Part shown: positions 12,260 through 31,080 of the stretch, one piece after another
Numbering within the stretch: the first letter of the stretch is position 1
How the letters are laid out: each line of letters begins with the position of its first letter
Assembly (NCBI RefSeq): GCF_009914755.1
Contig: NC_060947.1
Direction: 5' to 3' (one strand)
DNA from: the human T2T-CHM13v2.0 reference genome, Homo sapiens
DNA length: 64,000 nucleotides
Position numbers and translations under genes: made by a program
The notes under the pieces: model-generated
The model's database searches: none
Seen by the model: only the letters and a program-made list of their open reading frames with translations
Told to the model about the DNA's origin: nothing

Positions 12260-13865
12260 TCTCTATCTTCTGTTTCCTCCAGTTCAACATGGACAAAGAT
12301 GAACTCATTATCTTCCCTCCCAAACCAAGTCCAGTTGTTCTTCCTCCAGTTTTCTCTACCTACATTCCAATCTAGAAGACTTACATTCCTAACATCTTCT
12401 GTCCTATTCCATACACTCAATCAGTAATCTCATCCTATTGATACTACTTTCTGAATGTGGTTTACTTCTCTCCTTCTACTGGTTTAGTTAATCTACTCTT
12501 GCTGTAGTAGCCATAATACTGCCTCCTAACCAGATCGCCATTATTCTTTCCCTTTTCAAATCATCTTTTCTGCTGCTACTAGAAGCATTCTGATTTTTTT
12601 TTCTGATAGTATTTTTTATGATACTTTTACAAAGCATTTAGGACATAAACGTGTGTGCCTTCTCAAATTGCATCAAAACCTTTCTTTCCAAACGTGTTCA
12701 CCCAACTCCTAGCCTGCACGGCCACCCCTTTTGTAGAGTGCACTGAGTTAGCCACAATCCAAGTTAAAGCTTCAGTCTTGTGTACCTATCACATCCCTCA
12801 CTCCAAGTGTGATTGCAGTAATCCATTCTTCCATTAATGAACATGAAGGAAATGTGACACCATACTGCATGATTTGGCTTCCTGGGTGGCCTCTGAGTGG
12901 CTGGATGATGCAGTCTGCAAATATGGGGTGTTATTTCTGCATAAGGTGAACTTGACAAATAAAAGAGTAAGAAAGAATAACCCTTCCTCCCCTCTCCCCT
13001 TCCCTTCTGAGGACTACTCAGAGAAGCAAGCTGCCTTTTTAAGCTTTCCAGAGAAATCCAGCAACAGCAGTGCCAAAAAAACACACCTGCTGAGAGCAAC
13101 CTGCTGTGCCTCCTCACAACAAGTGGTGAAGCAGAAGCCAGCTCAGAAATTCATTGCCTCACGCTGCTTCTTACATTGCTTTGCCTTTGTCCCCTTTTAT
13201 TCTTCACCCTCAAATCCCTGGACTTGCCCTCCAAAATAAAGTGTCAACACATTAATCTGGCCTCAAGCTCTGCTTACACAGAACCATGGCTAACATATAT
13301 GGTAAAAAATAAACTCAAGCAGTACAAAGATTAAACAGTAAAATGTAACTTTTTACCCAAAAACCAAAAGTTGTTCCCTGGATCCTCATTTTCCTTCCCC
13401 AGAGTTATCCACTATTACCAGTTTGTGTGTGCCCCTCTACAGATAGCATATAATCATATACATAAATATTATATAATGGTATCTATATAAATATATATGA
13501 ATATACCATGTTACACAACTAAAAATAGAATATGCTCATCACACCTTGCATTTTTGCCAGAGTGAAGTTTGTAAAATATTAATCTGATTATGTCAATCTC
13601 AAAAGGTTCAGGTGGCTTCTTATTATCCTCAGATAAAATTCAAATTCCCAGATTTGAAGGTCCTCCATGCTCTGGCTTCAATTGATGACTATCTGCATTC
13701 TCTTCTAGTTTCTTGTCCTCATGTGCCCTTCGCTTAGCCACGCCTAGTGCCTTGCTATTCCCCATACAAGCAATGCTCTCAATTATCCATATATTTATGC
13801 ATGCATTCCATGTGCATAAAATATTCTTTCAATATATATGCATTTATTGATTGAATGAATCATCA
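12260..13865 (+). mobile_element. Fragmented L2 (about 12260-12800 and 13550-13865)
   Basis: TCAACATG..GAACTCATTATCTTCCCTCCCAAACC motif and L2 3' end TTATTGATTGAATGAAT. Confidence 0.55.
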
Positions 13866-14764
13866 TGGTCAACTAATGACTGCAGTTTGATGTTCTTTCT
13901 AAAATTTAGTTTCCTTCCTCTCTCTTCTATGCAGTTAACTATCAATTTTCATAGCTATAGATGTGTCTGTTTTGGACAGCATCCACTGATACCACTAAAA
14001 TACCTATGTACTTGAAGGTAAGGTAGGTATAATGTTTTCAGAGGAAAGCAAGTAGCCAAACTAAGTAACCAGGATAACTTCAATTTTCTATTTAGTTCTG
14101 CTCATCTAAGAATATAAACCCAGACACTAAAACAGCTAGTTTCTTCACCACTCTCTATTTTTAAGTGATTCATTTAATTCTGGCTTTCACTTACGCTCTG
14201 GGTTGCTGTTTCTGCTAGAAGTCTGATAGGAAGATAAGTAGAGTGTTACTGCTCCTTACATTTTTCAAAAGTCTAATATACAGCACACATACACAGCAGA
14301 GAGGAAGGAAGTGAGCATTCAAACAAAGTACCTTTTCTCCAGTCTGCATGCTGAAATACTGTTACACATTCAAAATCTTAAGACTAAATTAACATCCTGG
14401 ACATTCTGTACAAAGAACTACAGTTAAATGTACAGAGCTGATTACTAGGACTTTGAAGAAAAGATTATCTGATGTTTATACAAACTTGTTAAAAGAAAAT
14501 GAAGTTTTCAGTAAGAATTGTTGAGTTGTTTCAACTTTGTTCAGATGAAGAAGAAAACAAGGCTTTGAGCTTCTTGAAAAAGTTATATATACATGAAGTA
14601 TTGATCTATCTTTTTTGATCCAGGTCTGCCAGAATACCACATTGTATAATGCATCTCCATTTGTTCATAATGCATTAAAGGGCATTTTATATTTTTTCTC
14701 ATACCTGAGGGCACTTCAAAATGAAGTCTTCTCCAAATAATACAACCTTCTTAGAAAACATGTT

Positions 14765-17700
14765 ATTTAATTTCAGGTTTTAGTTTAGATTTAGGGGGTA
14801 CATGTGCAGGTTTGTTACAAGGGTATATTTTGTGATCCTGAGGTTTGTGCTTCTACTGATCCCATCACTCAGAAAGTGAAGGTAATACCCAATAAGAGGT
14901 TTTTTAGCCCTTTCTTGCCCCCAACTCCTTTTGGGGCCCCTAGTGTCTCATGTTCTTATGTTTATGTCCGTGTGCAACTAATGTTTAGCTCCCACTTGTA
15001 AGTGAGAACATGCAATATTTGGTTTTTGGTTTCTATGTTAATTTGCTTGGGATGATGGACTCCAGCTACAGCCATGCTGCTGCAGGGATATGATTTCATT
15101 CTTGTTTATGGCTGTGTAGTATTTTGTGATATGTACCACATTTTATTTATCCAATCCACTGTTGATGGGCACCTGGGTTGATTCCATGTCTTTGCTATTG
15201 TGTATAGTGCTGCAATGAACATAAGAGTGCATGTGTCCTTCTGGTAGAATCATTTATTTTCCTTTGGGTATATACCCACTTGTGGGATTGCCTAGTTGAA
15301 TGGTAGTTCTATTTTTAGTTCTTTGAGAAATCGCCAAACTGCTTTCCACAGTGGCTGCACTAACTTACATTCTTACAGTATGTAAACATCCCCTTTTCTC
15401 TGCAGCCTCAACAACATTAGTTATATTTTGACTTTTAAATGATAACTGTTCTGACAGGACTGAGATCATATCTCATTGTGGTTTTGTTTTGCATCTCTCT
15501 GATGATTAGTGATATTAAGCATTTCTTCATATGTTTATTGGATGTTTGTATATCTTCTTTTGAGAAGTGACTGCTTATGTTGTTTGCCAGATTTTTATAT
15601 GGGGTTGTTTTTCTTGTTGATTTATTTAAGTTCCTTATAGATTCTGGATATGAGTTCTTTGCTAGATGGATACCTTGTAAATATTTTTTACCATTCTGCA
15701 CACTCTTTGTTACTCTATTGGTAATATCTTTTGCTGTGCAGAAGCTCTTTATTTTATTTGGTCCCATTTATCAATTTTTTGTTGCAATTTCTTTTGAGGA
15801 CTTAGTCATAAATGATTTGCCAAAGTCTATGTCCTGAAGGGTATTTTCTAAGTTTTCTTTTAGGAATTTTATAGTTTGAGAACTTACATTTAAGTTGTTA
15901 ATCCAGCTTGAGTTAACTTTTTTATATGGAGATAGGAAGGGTTCCAGTTTCATTATTTTGCACATGGTTAGCCAGTTTTCCCGCATCATTTATTGAACAT
16001 GGGTTCCTTTACCCATTGCTTATATTTGTCAACTTTATAAAAGATCATTTGGTTGTAGGTGTGTGGCTGTATTTATGAGTTTTCTATTCCATTTCCTTGG
16101 TCTATATGTCTATTTTTGTGCCAATATCATGCTGTTTTGGTTACTGTAACTTTGTAGTATAATTTCAAGTTAGGTAATGTGATGTCTCCAGCTTTATTTT
16201 TACTTAGGATTGCTTTAGATATCAGGGGTCTTGTTTCATTTCATATAAATTTTAAAATAGTTTTTTTTTTCTAATCCTGTGAAAAATGGCATTGGTAATT
16301 TGATAGGAATGGTATTTAATCTGTTGAGTGCTTCAGGCCATATGGTCATTTAAATTATAGTGATTCTTCCAATCCATGAGCATGGAATGTTTTTCCACTT
16401 GTTTGTGCCATGTATGATTTCATTTGGCAGTGTTTTGTAGTTCTCCTCGTAGAGCTAGTTCACCTTCTTGGTTAGGTGAATTCCTAAGATTTTTGTGTGT
16501 GTCTATTGTAAATGAAATTGCATTCTTGAGTTGGCTCTCAGGTTGAACATTATTGGTGTGTAGAAATGCTACTGATTTTTGCATGTTGACTTTTGTATCC
16601 TGAAACTTTAATGAAGTTATTTATCAGGTCTAGGATCCTTTCATCAGAGTCCTTAAGGTTTTATATGTGTAGAATCATATCCTCAGTGAAGAGAAATAAC
16701 ATGACTTTCTCTTTCCTATTTGGATGCCTTTTATTTATTTCTCTTGCTTGATTCCTTTGGGTAGGACTTCCAGTAATATGTTGAATAGGAGTGGTGAGAG
16801 TGGGCATACTTGTCTTATTCTGGTTCTCAAGGGGAATGCTCCCAACTCTTGCCTATTCAATATGATATTGGCTATGGATTTGTCATAGATGGCACTTCCT
16901 ATTTTGAAATATGTTCCTTCAATGCCTAATTTGTTGAGGGTTTTTATCACGAAAGAATGTTGCTATTTATCAAAAGTTTTTCTGCACCAATCAAGATGAT
17001 CATACGTTTTTAAAAATTTTGATTCTATTCATGTGATGAATCACATTTATTTATTTGCATATGTTGAACCAACCTTGCATCCTAGGAAGAAAGTCTACTT
17101 GATTGTGGTGAATTAATTTTTTGTTGTGCTGCTGGATTCAGTTTGCTAGTATTTAGTTGAGGATTTTTGCCTCTACATGCATACGGGATATTGGCTTGTA
17201 GTTTTCTTTTTCCCTGTGTCTTTGCCAGATATTTGTATCATATTGATACTGGTTTAATAGAATGAATTAAGGCAAAATCCCTTCTCTTCAATTTTTTTTG
17301 ATAGTTTCAGTAAGATTGCTACTAGCTCTACTTTGCACATCTGGTAGAATTTGACTGTGAGTCATTTTGATCTGGGGCTCTTTTTTTTTTTGGTAAGTTT
17401 TTATTACTTACTCAATTTCAGAACTCATTATTGGTCTCTGCAGTGTCACAATTTCTTACTGAATCAATCATGGGAAATTGTGCGTTTCTAGAAATTTATT
17501 GATTTCCTCTAATTTTTCTAGTTTGTAAGCATAGAGGTGTTCATTACAGTCTTTGAAGATCTTTTGTATTTCTGTGGGATCAGTTGTAACGTCATCTTTG
17601 TCATTTCTGATTGTGCTTGTTTGGATCTTCTCCCTTGTTTTTTCATTGTTTTTCTAGTTAGCAGTCAATTGGTCTCATTTATCCTTTAAAAGAACCAACT

Positions 17701-18433
17701 TTTTGTTTTGTGGATCCTTTGTATGGGTTTTCAAATCTCAATTTCATTTAGATTTGATCTGATTTTAGTTATTTCTTTTTTTCTGCTACCTTGGGGCTAG
17801 TTTATTCTTGTTTCTCTAGTTTCTTTAAGTACGGTATTAGATTGTTCATTTGAGATTTTTCAGTCTTTTTGATATAGGTGCTTAGTGCTATAAGCTTTCC
17901 TCTTAACACTGCTTTTGCCACATTCCAGAAATTTTGGTATGTTGTGTTTCTGTTTTCACTTGTTTCAAATGTTTTGGTTTATGCCTTAATTTTGTTGTTT
18001 ATTCTAAAGCCATGAAGAAGCAAGTTGTTTAGTTTTCATGTAATTGTGTGATTTGAGGAGTTCCTCATGGTATTTATTTATATTTTTATTCCATTGTGAT
18101 CCAAAGGTATGTTTGGTATAATTTCATTTTTTAAAAATGTATTAAGACTTGACTTATTGGTGAGCATGTGGTTGATCTTAAATATGTTCCTTGTGCAGAT
18201 GAGAAGAACATATATTCTATGGCTGCTATGTGGCATATTCTATAGATGTCTCTTAGGTCCAATTGGTCTTGTCAAATTTAAGTCCAGAATATCTTTACTA
18301 GTTTACTGCCTCACTGATCTATCTAACACCTTCAGTGGGGTGTTGAAGGCCCCCATATTATTGTGTGGGTGTGCAAGTCTTTTCCTATATCAATAAGTAT
18401 TTGTTTTACAAATTTTGGGTGCTCCAGTATTGG

Positions 18434-18484
<51 letters not shown>

Positions 18485-18575
18485 GGATATTTAAGTCTTC
18501 TTGTTTAATTGAACCCTTTGTCATTATGCAATTACATTCTTCGTCTTTTATTTACTGTTGCTGGCTTAAAATCTA
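14765..18575 (-). mobile_element. 5'-truncated L1 (L1PA15/16-like), ORF2 and 3'UTR
   Basis: Antisense L1 3'UTR (GGGGGTACATGTGCAGGTTTGTTAC); minus-strand ORF2 fragments ([23 protein letters not shown]). Confidence 0.9.
18437..18481. repeat. (TA)n microsatellite inside L1
   Basis: About 22 TA units visible. Confidence 0.95.
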
Positions 18576-18853
18576 GAAAAAGAAAGGCTCTTGTCTGCTT
18601 TTCTCTACCACTACTTTCTATGCTGGGAATCTACTGAAGACATACAAAGACTTCTTTGCATCTCTATAGTTATAATGGATTGTGTATATGCAATGCAGCT
18701 TCTGTGGAAACTAGGTATTAACAGATTGTCATGCTTACACCTCTTCTTAAAGAAGTATAAAACAATTACAGTTATTGACCCAAACTAAAATGTCAATACT
18801 CTTTGAATTGAGCCTATAAGAAGTTGCAATTTTAAGTTATCTGCATTATATAT

Positions 18854-19274
18854 TGATATGGTTTGGATCTGTGTCCCCCCACTCGAATCTCATGTTTGAT
18901 TGTAATCCCTAATGTTAGAGGTGGGGCCTGGTGGAAGATGATTGAATCATGGTGGTGGATTTCTCATGAATGATCTAGTACCTTCCCCTTGGTCCTGCCC
19001 TTGCAATAGTGAATGAGTTCTCACAAAATTTTATCTTTTAAAAGTTTGTGGCATCTCCCTCCTCTCTCTCTTGCTCCTGCTTTCACCATGTAACATGACT
19101 GCACCCCATTTCCCTTCTGCTATGAATGGGAGCTTTCTTGAGACCTCCGCAGAAGCAGATGCCACTATGCTTCCTGTACAATCTGCAGAAACTGTGAGCA
19201 AGTTCAACTTCTTTTCTTATAAATTACCCATTCTCAGGCATTTCTTTAAAGCAATACGAGGACAAATTAATACA
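18854..19274 (+). mobile_element. MaLR solo LTR (MSTA/MSTB-like)
   Basis: TGATATGGTTTGGATCTGTGTCCCC...TAATACA termini; near-TSD TATAT/GATAT. Confidence 0.9.
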
Positions 19275-20194
19275 GATATAAATGAAACAATAAGTATGAG
19301 AGATGCTCAGAGTTTAAGAAAATAACTCATTAGTTGAACAGTGATGAAGCAGAGCAAATTTAAATAAGGGAAAGATAGTAGGTCAATTCTGCTCATGTGA
19401 TATCACAATAACTAATCTTGATAATTTGTGAAGAGGCTAAGTATATTTGGGCATGTTTACCAGCAGGCTGGTTTATTACATACTTATGGATCTGACATAG
19501 ATGTATTTAGTACATTTAGTTTTAGATTATTATAGGTTTCTACCAAATACCTCATGCACAAAGTGCCTCATCTCCATGGGCTATGTGTGAAATGGTATTG
19601 CCTCATTGTTTTCATAAAACTTGGCCTTTTTTTTTAGGGCAGATGAGTATGAAAAACAGACCAGTGAAAAATTAAGAGGTGACATGTTTAGAGTAAGAAT
19701 TAATTGTAACTACAGGGTCTGCCAAATGGACATTACAGTGTTGAGATAAACACATGTATATTTGTGGTCATAAGAAAAATCGGTATTAAAAGCTGCCCAC
19801 ACTTTTCCTGGAAAAGTAGATATGGTAACTGGGCCTTAAAATATTTTTTAAAAAATGGTAACTTTTGGTTACTACTAAAGGAACAGACAGGATAATTAAC
19901 CACTGGCACTAACATTTTTCCTCATGCCAAAATTTAGGGGTTACAGTGAAGGAAATAGAGAAACTTAGGGGAAATCTATTAGAAATAAAATAAGCAACTA
20001 TACTAAATGCTATAAAAGTACTGACAAAGTTAAGCTCATTAAAGATGTTCTTGTCAGGTACCAACTAGTTCCATACGTTTCAATAGGTTTTGCACCACAA
20101 ATGTCCTTAATAGCTAGAAAAATTCATATGAAGACATTCTCTTCGAATTTCTCATGTTAAAAGGATTCTATCTGTTTTCTATAATTAAACTTAA

Positions 20195-20450
20195 TGATAA
20201 TAATTAATATTGACGGAGTGCTTATTGTACACCAGGAATTATGTGAAACCTTTTACATGTAGCATCTCATTAAATCCTTATAACCACTCTATGATATGAG
20301 TACAGTGAATGATGCACACTTCACAGATGTAAAAACAGAGGCTCAGAAAGGGTACATAATCTGCCTGAGGTCAAAAGTCTAGTAAGTGGCACAGCTGGAA
20401 TTTGAACATATATATTTGTGTGACTCCAAAGACTGTGAACTAACCACTAA
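20195..20450 (-). mobile_element. MIR SINE
   Basis: ACAGATGTAAAAACAGAGGCTCAGAAAGG..GCCTGAGGTCA..GGCACAGCTGGAATTTGAAC. Confidence 0.8.
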
Positions 20451-20579
20451 CCACTTTCATCAGTTTGAGACCAGTTATATATTGAATGCTGTATCTTCAT
20501 GCACATACTATTGGGTTAGGCAGGAAACAAATACGACCAGATGTGAATGTTGGTTTCTTTACGGCAAAACTGATTTATC

Positions 20580-20960
20580 CCACATTTACTGAGCTTCTAT
20601 TTATCACAATCAAGCATTAGGCATTATATGCCAAAGCATGAGACACAGAAAGATACCTATGATACGGTGTGACTCTCAGTTATTTGCAGTTTAGCTGGGG
20701 GAAAGCAGATAAAGAGTGGTATGAGCTATGGAGTATAAGCACAGGGTGCTACAGGGGCAGAGAGGAGGAGCATCAAACTGAGTTTGGTGGTGTTCAGAGA
20801 AGGTATCTTCAAAGTCAAAGTGAGACTTTAGATGGAAAGAGTTAGATTTAAAAAAGGAGGTGGGTATAGTAGAAAAACTGGCCTTGTAGGCAGAGGGAGC
20901 ATGATGCATAGCAGCCTGGAGAGTGGATAGAGTACAGAACATTTGCAAAATTACAAGTAG
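20580..20960 (-). mobile_element. L2 fragment
   Basis: ACATTTACTGAGC.. followed by degenerate antisense L2 3' region. Confidence 0.5.
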
Positions 20961-21810
20961 TTCTGTAAAAGTACTATGAAAAAACTGTTTAGCTAAGCAT
21001 GTTGTTTGAACTCACCTGTTCCATGCCAAGGAGTGGGTCTCTAGCCTCAGTGACCCACTGAAAAGTGTCCTAAAGATAACTGAATTATGCTTTTGGAGTA
21101 CGTTTCATTCCTACATTTCTTCAGTGGTGAGAACAATATTTAACATCTAAAGCCTGTCTACTTTCAACTGTCCTTTGGTTTCAAGGAAAGTAGAGACTGA
21201 AAATTATTTAGTATCTTGAATAAAATGTTGGTACCTTAGCTGTTTGGTAGGATATGTAGAAACAATTTGAAACCCTATACCCAAAGCATTTCTAATAAAC
21301 CAGCCATAACCGTCTCTGAGTTAGTACACAGCAAACAAAATGCATTAAGGTTGTGTAGGCACTACTATTAGAAAGCCAGACTCAGAACAAATTGTCATAC
21401 TACATATGTGAATATCTGATCCAATTTGGATAATGAGGAAAGTATGCTCACATGGCATATATTTGAATTGGCAGACAGTTTGTAGCATGCTAGGCAGATG
21501 ATTGAAAAAATGTGGACAAAGCATCTACGTTAAATGACATCATATCCCTTCCACTGCGCTTTTCTATAGTAGTGTAGGCGAACTCTAGGCAAAAATTACT
21601 TTTAGTATTATGGCTTTCTACTACATAACCATGCAAACCAATTCTTGAGCATGGAATCTTGCAAGATTTTTCTGCCCAATTTAACATATACTTATTGATC
21701 AACTACTACATGCTAGATACTCTGTTCTTTCTAGCAAAGTACCTAAAAATAGATTGCAATATAGTAAAGGGGAAGAAACTAGTACATAATTAACTTAAAA
21801 TACTGAGGCA

Positions 21811-22639
21811 GCCACACATGGCGGCTCATGACTGTAATCTCAGCATCTTGAGAGGCTCAGGTGGGAGGATTACATGAGGCCAGTGTTGCAGCCGAAAGAA
21901 TGAGGGTCGTGATCAACTCAGTATACCACTGGAGGCTATATGAGTAAAGAGCAAACTGTTCTCATGAAAGCAGGATGTTGGCAAACTGACAAACTACATC
22001 TGCTGCCCAAAAGGAATGCAGAGGGCAGTCACGACCCAGGCACAAGTGTTTCTTGTGATTAGGCAAATCTGAAGCCTGTTAGCAATAATGTGAACCTGTG
22101 ATCAATCAAGCAGCTGACCAATCGTTACCGCCTCCTCCCTGCTCTTTCTACCCAATAAATACGAAGGGCTATGGAAGCTCAGGGCAGCTGCTGCCTTTGC
22201 TCACTAGAAGCTGGAGCCCTCTTGTTCTTCCCCGGCCCCTTCTTTAAAACAGTTTAAGTTTCCATTTCTGCATTATTCCTCCTTCGTTCAGTCTCGTAAT
22301 GATGGTCTCAAGTAGTAACAGTAGTAACTGTTGTTATGATGGTCTCAAGTAACAGTAGTAACTGTCGTAGTGACTGTCTCAAGTAGTAATTGTGGCAGTC
22401 TGCCACAGGCCAGGAGTTCAAGACCAGCCTGAGCAACATACCAAGATCCCATCTCTACAAAAAAATACAAAAATTAGCTGGGTGTGGTGGCACATGCCTG
22501 AAATCCAAGCTATTCGGGAGGCTCAGGCAGGAGGAATGCTTGGGCCCAGGAGTTTGAGGATTCAGTGAGCCATGAACATACCACTGCACTCCAGCATGGG
22601 CAACAGAGCAAGACCCTGTTTCAAAAAAAAAAAAAAAAA
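21811..22639 (+). mobile_element. AluJ interrupted by an LTR
   Basis: Diverged Alu arms with A tail; TSD AAAATACTGAGGCA / AAAATCCTGAGGCA. Confidence 0.9.
21884..22407 (+). mobile_element. ERVK-class solo LTR (LTR14C-like) inserted in the Alu
   Basis: TG...CA termini, perfect 6-bp TSD GGCCAG (21878-21883 / 22408-22413), CCAAT and AATAAA inside. Family name from recall only. Confidence 0.8.
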
Positions 22640-22784
22640 TCCTGAGGCAGTGTTTAATAATCTATGGGGAAATTTCCAAAGGCTTAATGAAGGAGGTGGT
22701 ATTTTAGCTGTTCTTTAACAGGAACATGAAATATCAAAAATTGAAATTAGCAAGAAAAATATTCTGGGCTGTGAAAAGAATAAA

Positions 22785-23040
22785 ATGTACTGCTTGCTGA
22801 GAGCTAATTATTTGTCAGGAACTTTTAAAAACATTTCATATGTTTAGCTCATTTCATTTTTATAGCAACCTGTGTAACAGGTATTACCATTACCTACCTT
22901 ATATTTGTAGACAATGATTTATGGAAAAATCAGAAAAGTGAAATAACCTGCCCAAGGCCACACAACTGGCACGTATTAAAGATTCAAACTAAAACAATCT
23001 AACCACAAAGCCCATAACCTTAACGGCTCTCTCTTACTAT
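22785..23040 (-). mobile_element. MIR SINE
   Basis: AAGTGAAATAACCTGCCCAAGGCCACACAACT..GATTCAAACT. Confidence 0.7.
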
Positions 23041-24021
23041 ACAAGTAAAGTATATTTTTTGGCAGAAACAGAAAAATAAACAATGTGTTTGGAGCATGTT
23101 AAGTATTCTAGAGCTGATGGGGCACAGTATGTGATACAATTAATTGTAAATAATGGAGTAAGCAACTAAGAGAATAGTTAATAATCAAAAAATTTAAAAC
23201 TCATTCTAAGAAATGTTTAGTTCATTACAAATTAATGATTGGAATCAGATTAAGGAGAAATAATGACTTTTGTGGAGGTGAGTGACATAATGCAACCTAC
23301 ATTGGGAATAAAAGGGTAACAACACTATGAAGAATACATTTGGAGATAAAGGCATCCAGGCAAGAGAGACAAGAAGGGAAGGCAATGAAAACACTCGATG
23401 TCTCTTCTATTAGAGGTGCTGCCTTAGATAAATGGAGAGATAGACAATGAATGATACACTCGAATTTTGGTGTTAGAATGGACTGCACTAATAGGAATGA
23501 AACACTTCAAAGCCCACAGCCCAATTAAACTCCCTAACCATAATATCATCTATAGTGTAACTGTTTCTGAATTTTCCCAACAAAAAGACACCGGAAAGGT
23601 TTTCTCATGTCATGACAAAAATGACTAATCGCAATTAAAATAATGCTTAGGAAACTGTCTTGTGCATGTCAAAAAGTTAACACTGTGAGGATTTGACAAA
23701 GCAGCCAGTATCGTGATGACTTTTGCTTCAGGACTATATGCATTATTTTATAGGCTTATATTTCCTACACTGCCTTCAAGGACACTTTTTAATACATTAC
23801 ACATTACTTTGGCATAAATCAAATATATCTGAATGGTCAAAGCTATTCATTTATCTCCGAAAGTCTAAATTCCTATAAGAGAATGACTTAAATATGGAAA
23901 ATATCTGGCTCAATTAGTTGCTAATTTCTTAAGAGGACTGAATGTCAAATTCGAAGTGCAAGTTACTGCCATCGAAAATATTGTGTACTTGAAAGAAGGA
24001 ATTCATTTTGTTCTTAGATTC

Positions 24022-24105
24022 CAAGAGGGAGTATAATGTAATGGTTAAACGTGCAGTTTTTGGATAACACTACTTGGACTCAAATTTCAGTTCCATCACT
24101 AACTG
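24022..24105 (+). mobile_element. MIR 5' part
   Basis: GTATAATGTAATGGTTAA..GGACTCAAATTTCAGTTCCATCACTAACTG. Confidence 0.6.
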
Positions 24106-28782
<4,677 letters not shown>

Positions 28783-29080
28783 AATTTCACAGTCTGTACA
28801 GGAAGCATGACTGGACAGGTCGCAGGAACCTTACAAGTATGGCAGAAAGCAGAAGGGAAGCAGGCATGGCTTACATGACCAGAGATGGAGAAAGAAGGTG
28901 AAGAGGGAGGTGCCACACACTTTTAAACAACCAGATCTCATGAGAACTCATTATCACGAGGACAGCAAGGGAAAAATCCTCCCCCATGATCCAATCACCT
29001 CCCACCACGCCATTCCTCCAAATTTGGGGAATAAAATTAGACATAAGATTTGGGCAGGGATGCAAATCCAAACCATATCA
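28783..29080 (-). mobile_element. MSTA-like MaLR LTR, 3' end missing
   Basis: Ends CAAATCCAAACCATATCA (antisense LTR start); contains CAGATCTCATGAGAACTCA. Confidence 0.85.
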
Positions 29081-29084
29081 CTAG

Positions 29085-29160
29085 GTGAGTTAATATATGC
29101 AAATCCAAAGCTCTTAGAATATTGCCTGGAGCATGCAGAATTCAATAAATGGCAGCTTTA
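29085..29160 (+). mobile_element. MIR 3' part
   Basis: TGAGTTAATATATGCAAA..CTTAGAATATTGCCTGG..TCAATAAATGGCAGC. Confidence 0.65.
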
Positions 29161-30929
29161 ACTCTAAGATTGTATAGAGATTTTACATCAAGAACTATGA
29201 TTATCATATTATTTTCCTATTAAGTCAGTGGGTTGTCTTTGTGTTAATAAGAAGAGCCAACATAAAAACTTTACCCATAATGACTGCTTACCTTTAATAA
29301 AAAAATTCAATTTGCTTTGTGTAAGAACTAGGAGCAGTGTTAAATACCCTATGTGTTGTCAGAGTAAATAAAATCTTGGCTTCATCATTAGTGATGGGAA
29401 AATGGCTGATTAGAAATTTCCATGCAGAATTCACTGGCATTTCTCTAATTCTGAACATTCATTGTATATGTCTGTGACAAATGCTGTTGCTGATTAGCTT
29501 GTATGTAGGAAATGAGTTAACAAACTGCATTAAAGCATCCAGGAAAAAATCATAATAGAGGAGGGAAAACTAAAAGGATTGATTTCTTTCTTTATTGAAA
29601 GCTGATAGGCATTTCATAATTATTTCTGGTCTGCAGATTGATTCCAATAAGCTTCTCCTTGGACATTTTTGACAGGGGATCAACATTTTTTCCTTCCTCT
29701 GTGAAAGGCGATGTATGTTTGGACACCTTCAAAGAGTGATGAAATTGAACAACATGCTTCAATGTCATAGGTTTATTCCCCTATGATCAGAGTTCCAATT
29801 ATCTAACACCTTCCTTGTAATGCTCATTGCAAAGAGTGTAGGAATGAAAGGTGGAGAATGTGGCAAGATATGCAATGGGAAATGATCTTTGATCCCAGCA
29901 AGGGAGTAGACATTGCTGTATAAAGTAAGAACAGATATATATTGACAGATCTGGTTTGGTAGATTTATAGTGATTAAGCCAAAACACGACCCCTTAAGCT
30001 CATGATAACCTACTTGGATATTCAGTGGAAATGTGTGCCTTTAGTGTTGTCTCTTTATTTCAGCAAACATCAAAATGTGAGCCAAAAAGGAGAAAGAGGG
30101 AGGAAAAATGAGTTATTGATTTTCTCATGTTGTCTTAACCTGGAGCCTAACTGAAGGTCAGTATATGTATGCATCTCAAAGACTGACTTTTGGATAAGCT
30201 CATGGTTTCCTGAAACCACATCAAAGAAAGGCTAATTAATATTCTACAGATGCTATAGAAAAGAAAAAGAAAATATTTCAGCTGATGCAAACGTTCTCTT
30301 AGGAAAATCAGACCCAGAAAACTAAACTGCAAAATAATTTGACTGCTTATCAGTAGCCCAGATAAAAGAGGGAATATCTCAATTGGGTCAGTGGGTTGGA
30401 TACAGGGCAGAGATGGAGACTTTGAGCATTTTGTTCATCATTAATCTACAGAAGAACCTAAAAAACTCATATTTATATGTCAGGGGAGTAACATACTTCT
30501 CTCTTCAGTTCTTCCTGTTCTGTATCAATAAATGTGTATGTTATCTTTGTCTTTTCTATACTGCATCATGGTAAAACTCATGAGAAGAAAAGCCTGACTT
30601 ATTATGGGATACACAGAATAACTAGATGGAAAAAAAAAATACAATTCCCTGATTCACTGCAGTGGTACTGTCTCTCCAATTCTTTCCTGCCTCTCGTCCA
30701 CAGCTTCCTCTGCTTTTATGTTGTGTATTCAGGTACATAATTACTGTCCATACAGCTTCTGTCTTCCAATATCTCAAGAAAAAGACTTGGAGAACTGCTT
30801 TGTAAAAAAAGGAATGAGAAAAACGTGGTTCATGCCTGGCTTGTGTGCCTAGTATATAATCCAAGTTTCTGATCAGAGAATTAAGAAGAATTCACAAAGA
30901 AAATGGAGTGTGATTAAAAACATCCACAA

Positions 30930-31080
30930 TATTTCCTTTGGGGATGATGGAAATCTTCTAAAATTAGATATTGCTTATGGGTGCACAACACTGTAAATAT
31001 TCTAAAATTATTAAAATGTACACTTAAATTAGGCAGATTTTATTGTTTATATAATATATCTCAATACACTATTAAAAATA
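30930..31080 (+). mobile_element. L1M 3'-end fragment
   Basis: GGGGATGATGGAAATCTTCTAAAATTAGAT..TGCACAACACTGTAAAT..TATATCTCAATA. Confidence 0.7.

Noticed and set aside
11653-13239. Cluster of 60-120-aa ORFs in semi-unique sequence
   Set aside because: No recognisable domains, mostly non-ATG starts, low complexity and overlapping L2 remnants; consistent with chance.
22291-22395. CRISPR-like repeat array
   Set aside because: Eukaryotic context, no unique spacers and no cas genes; it is a tandem repeat within an LTR.
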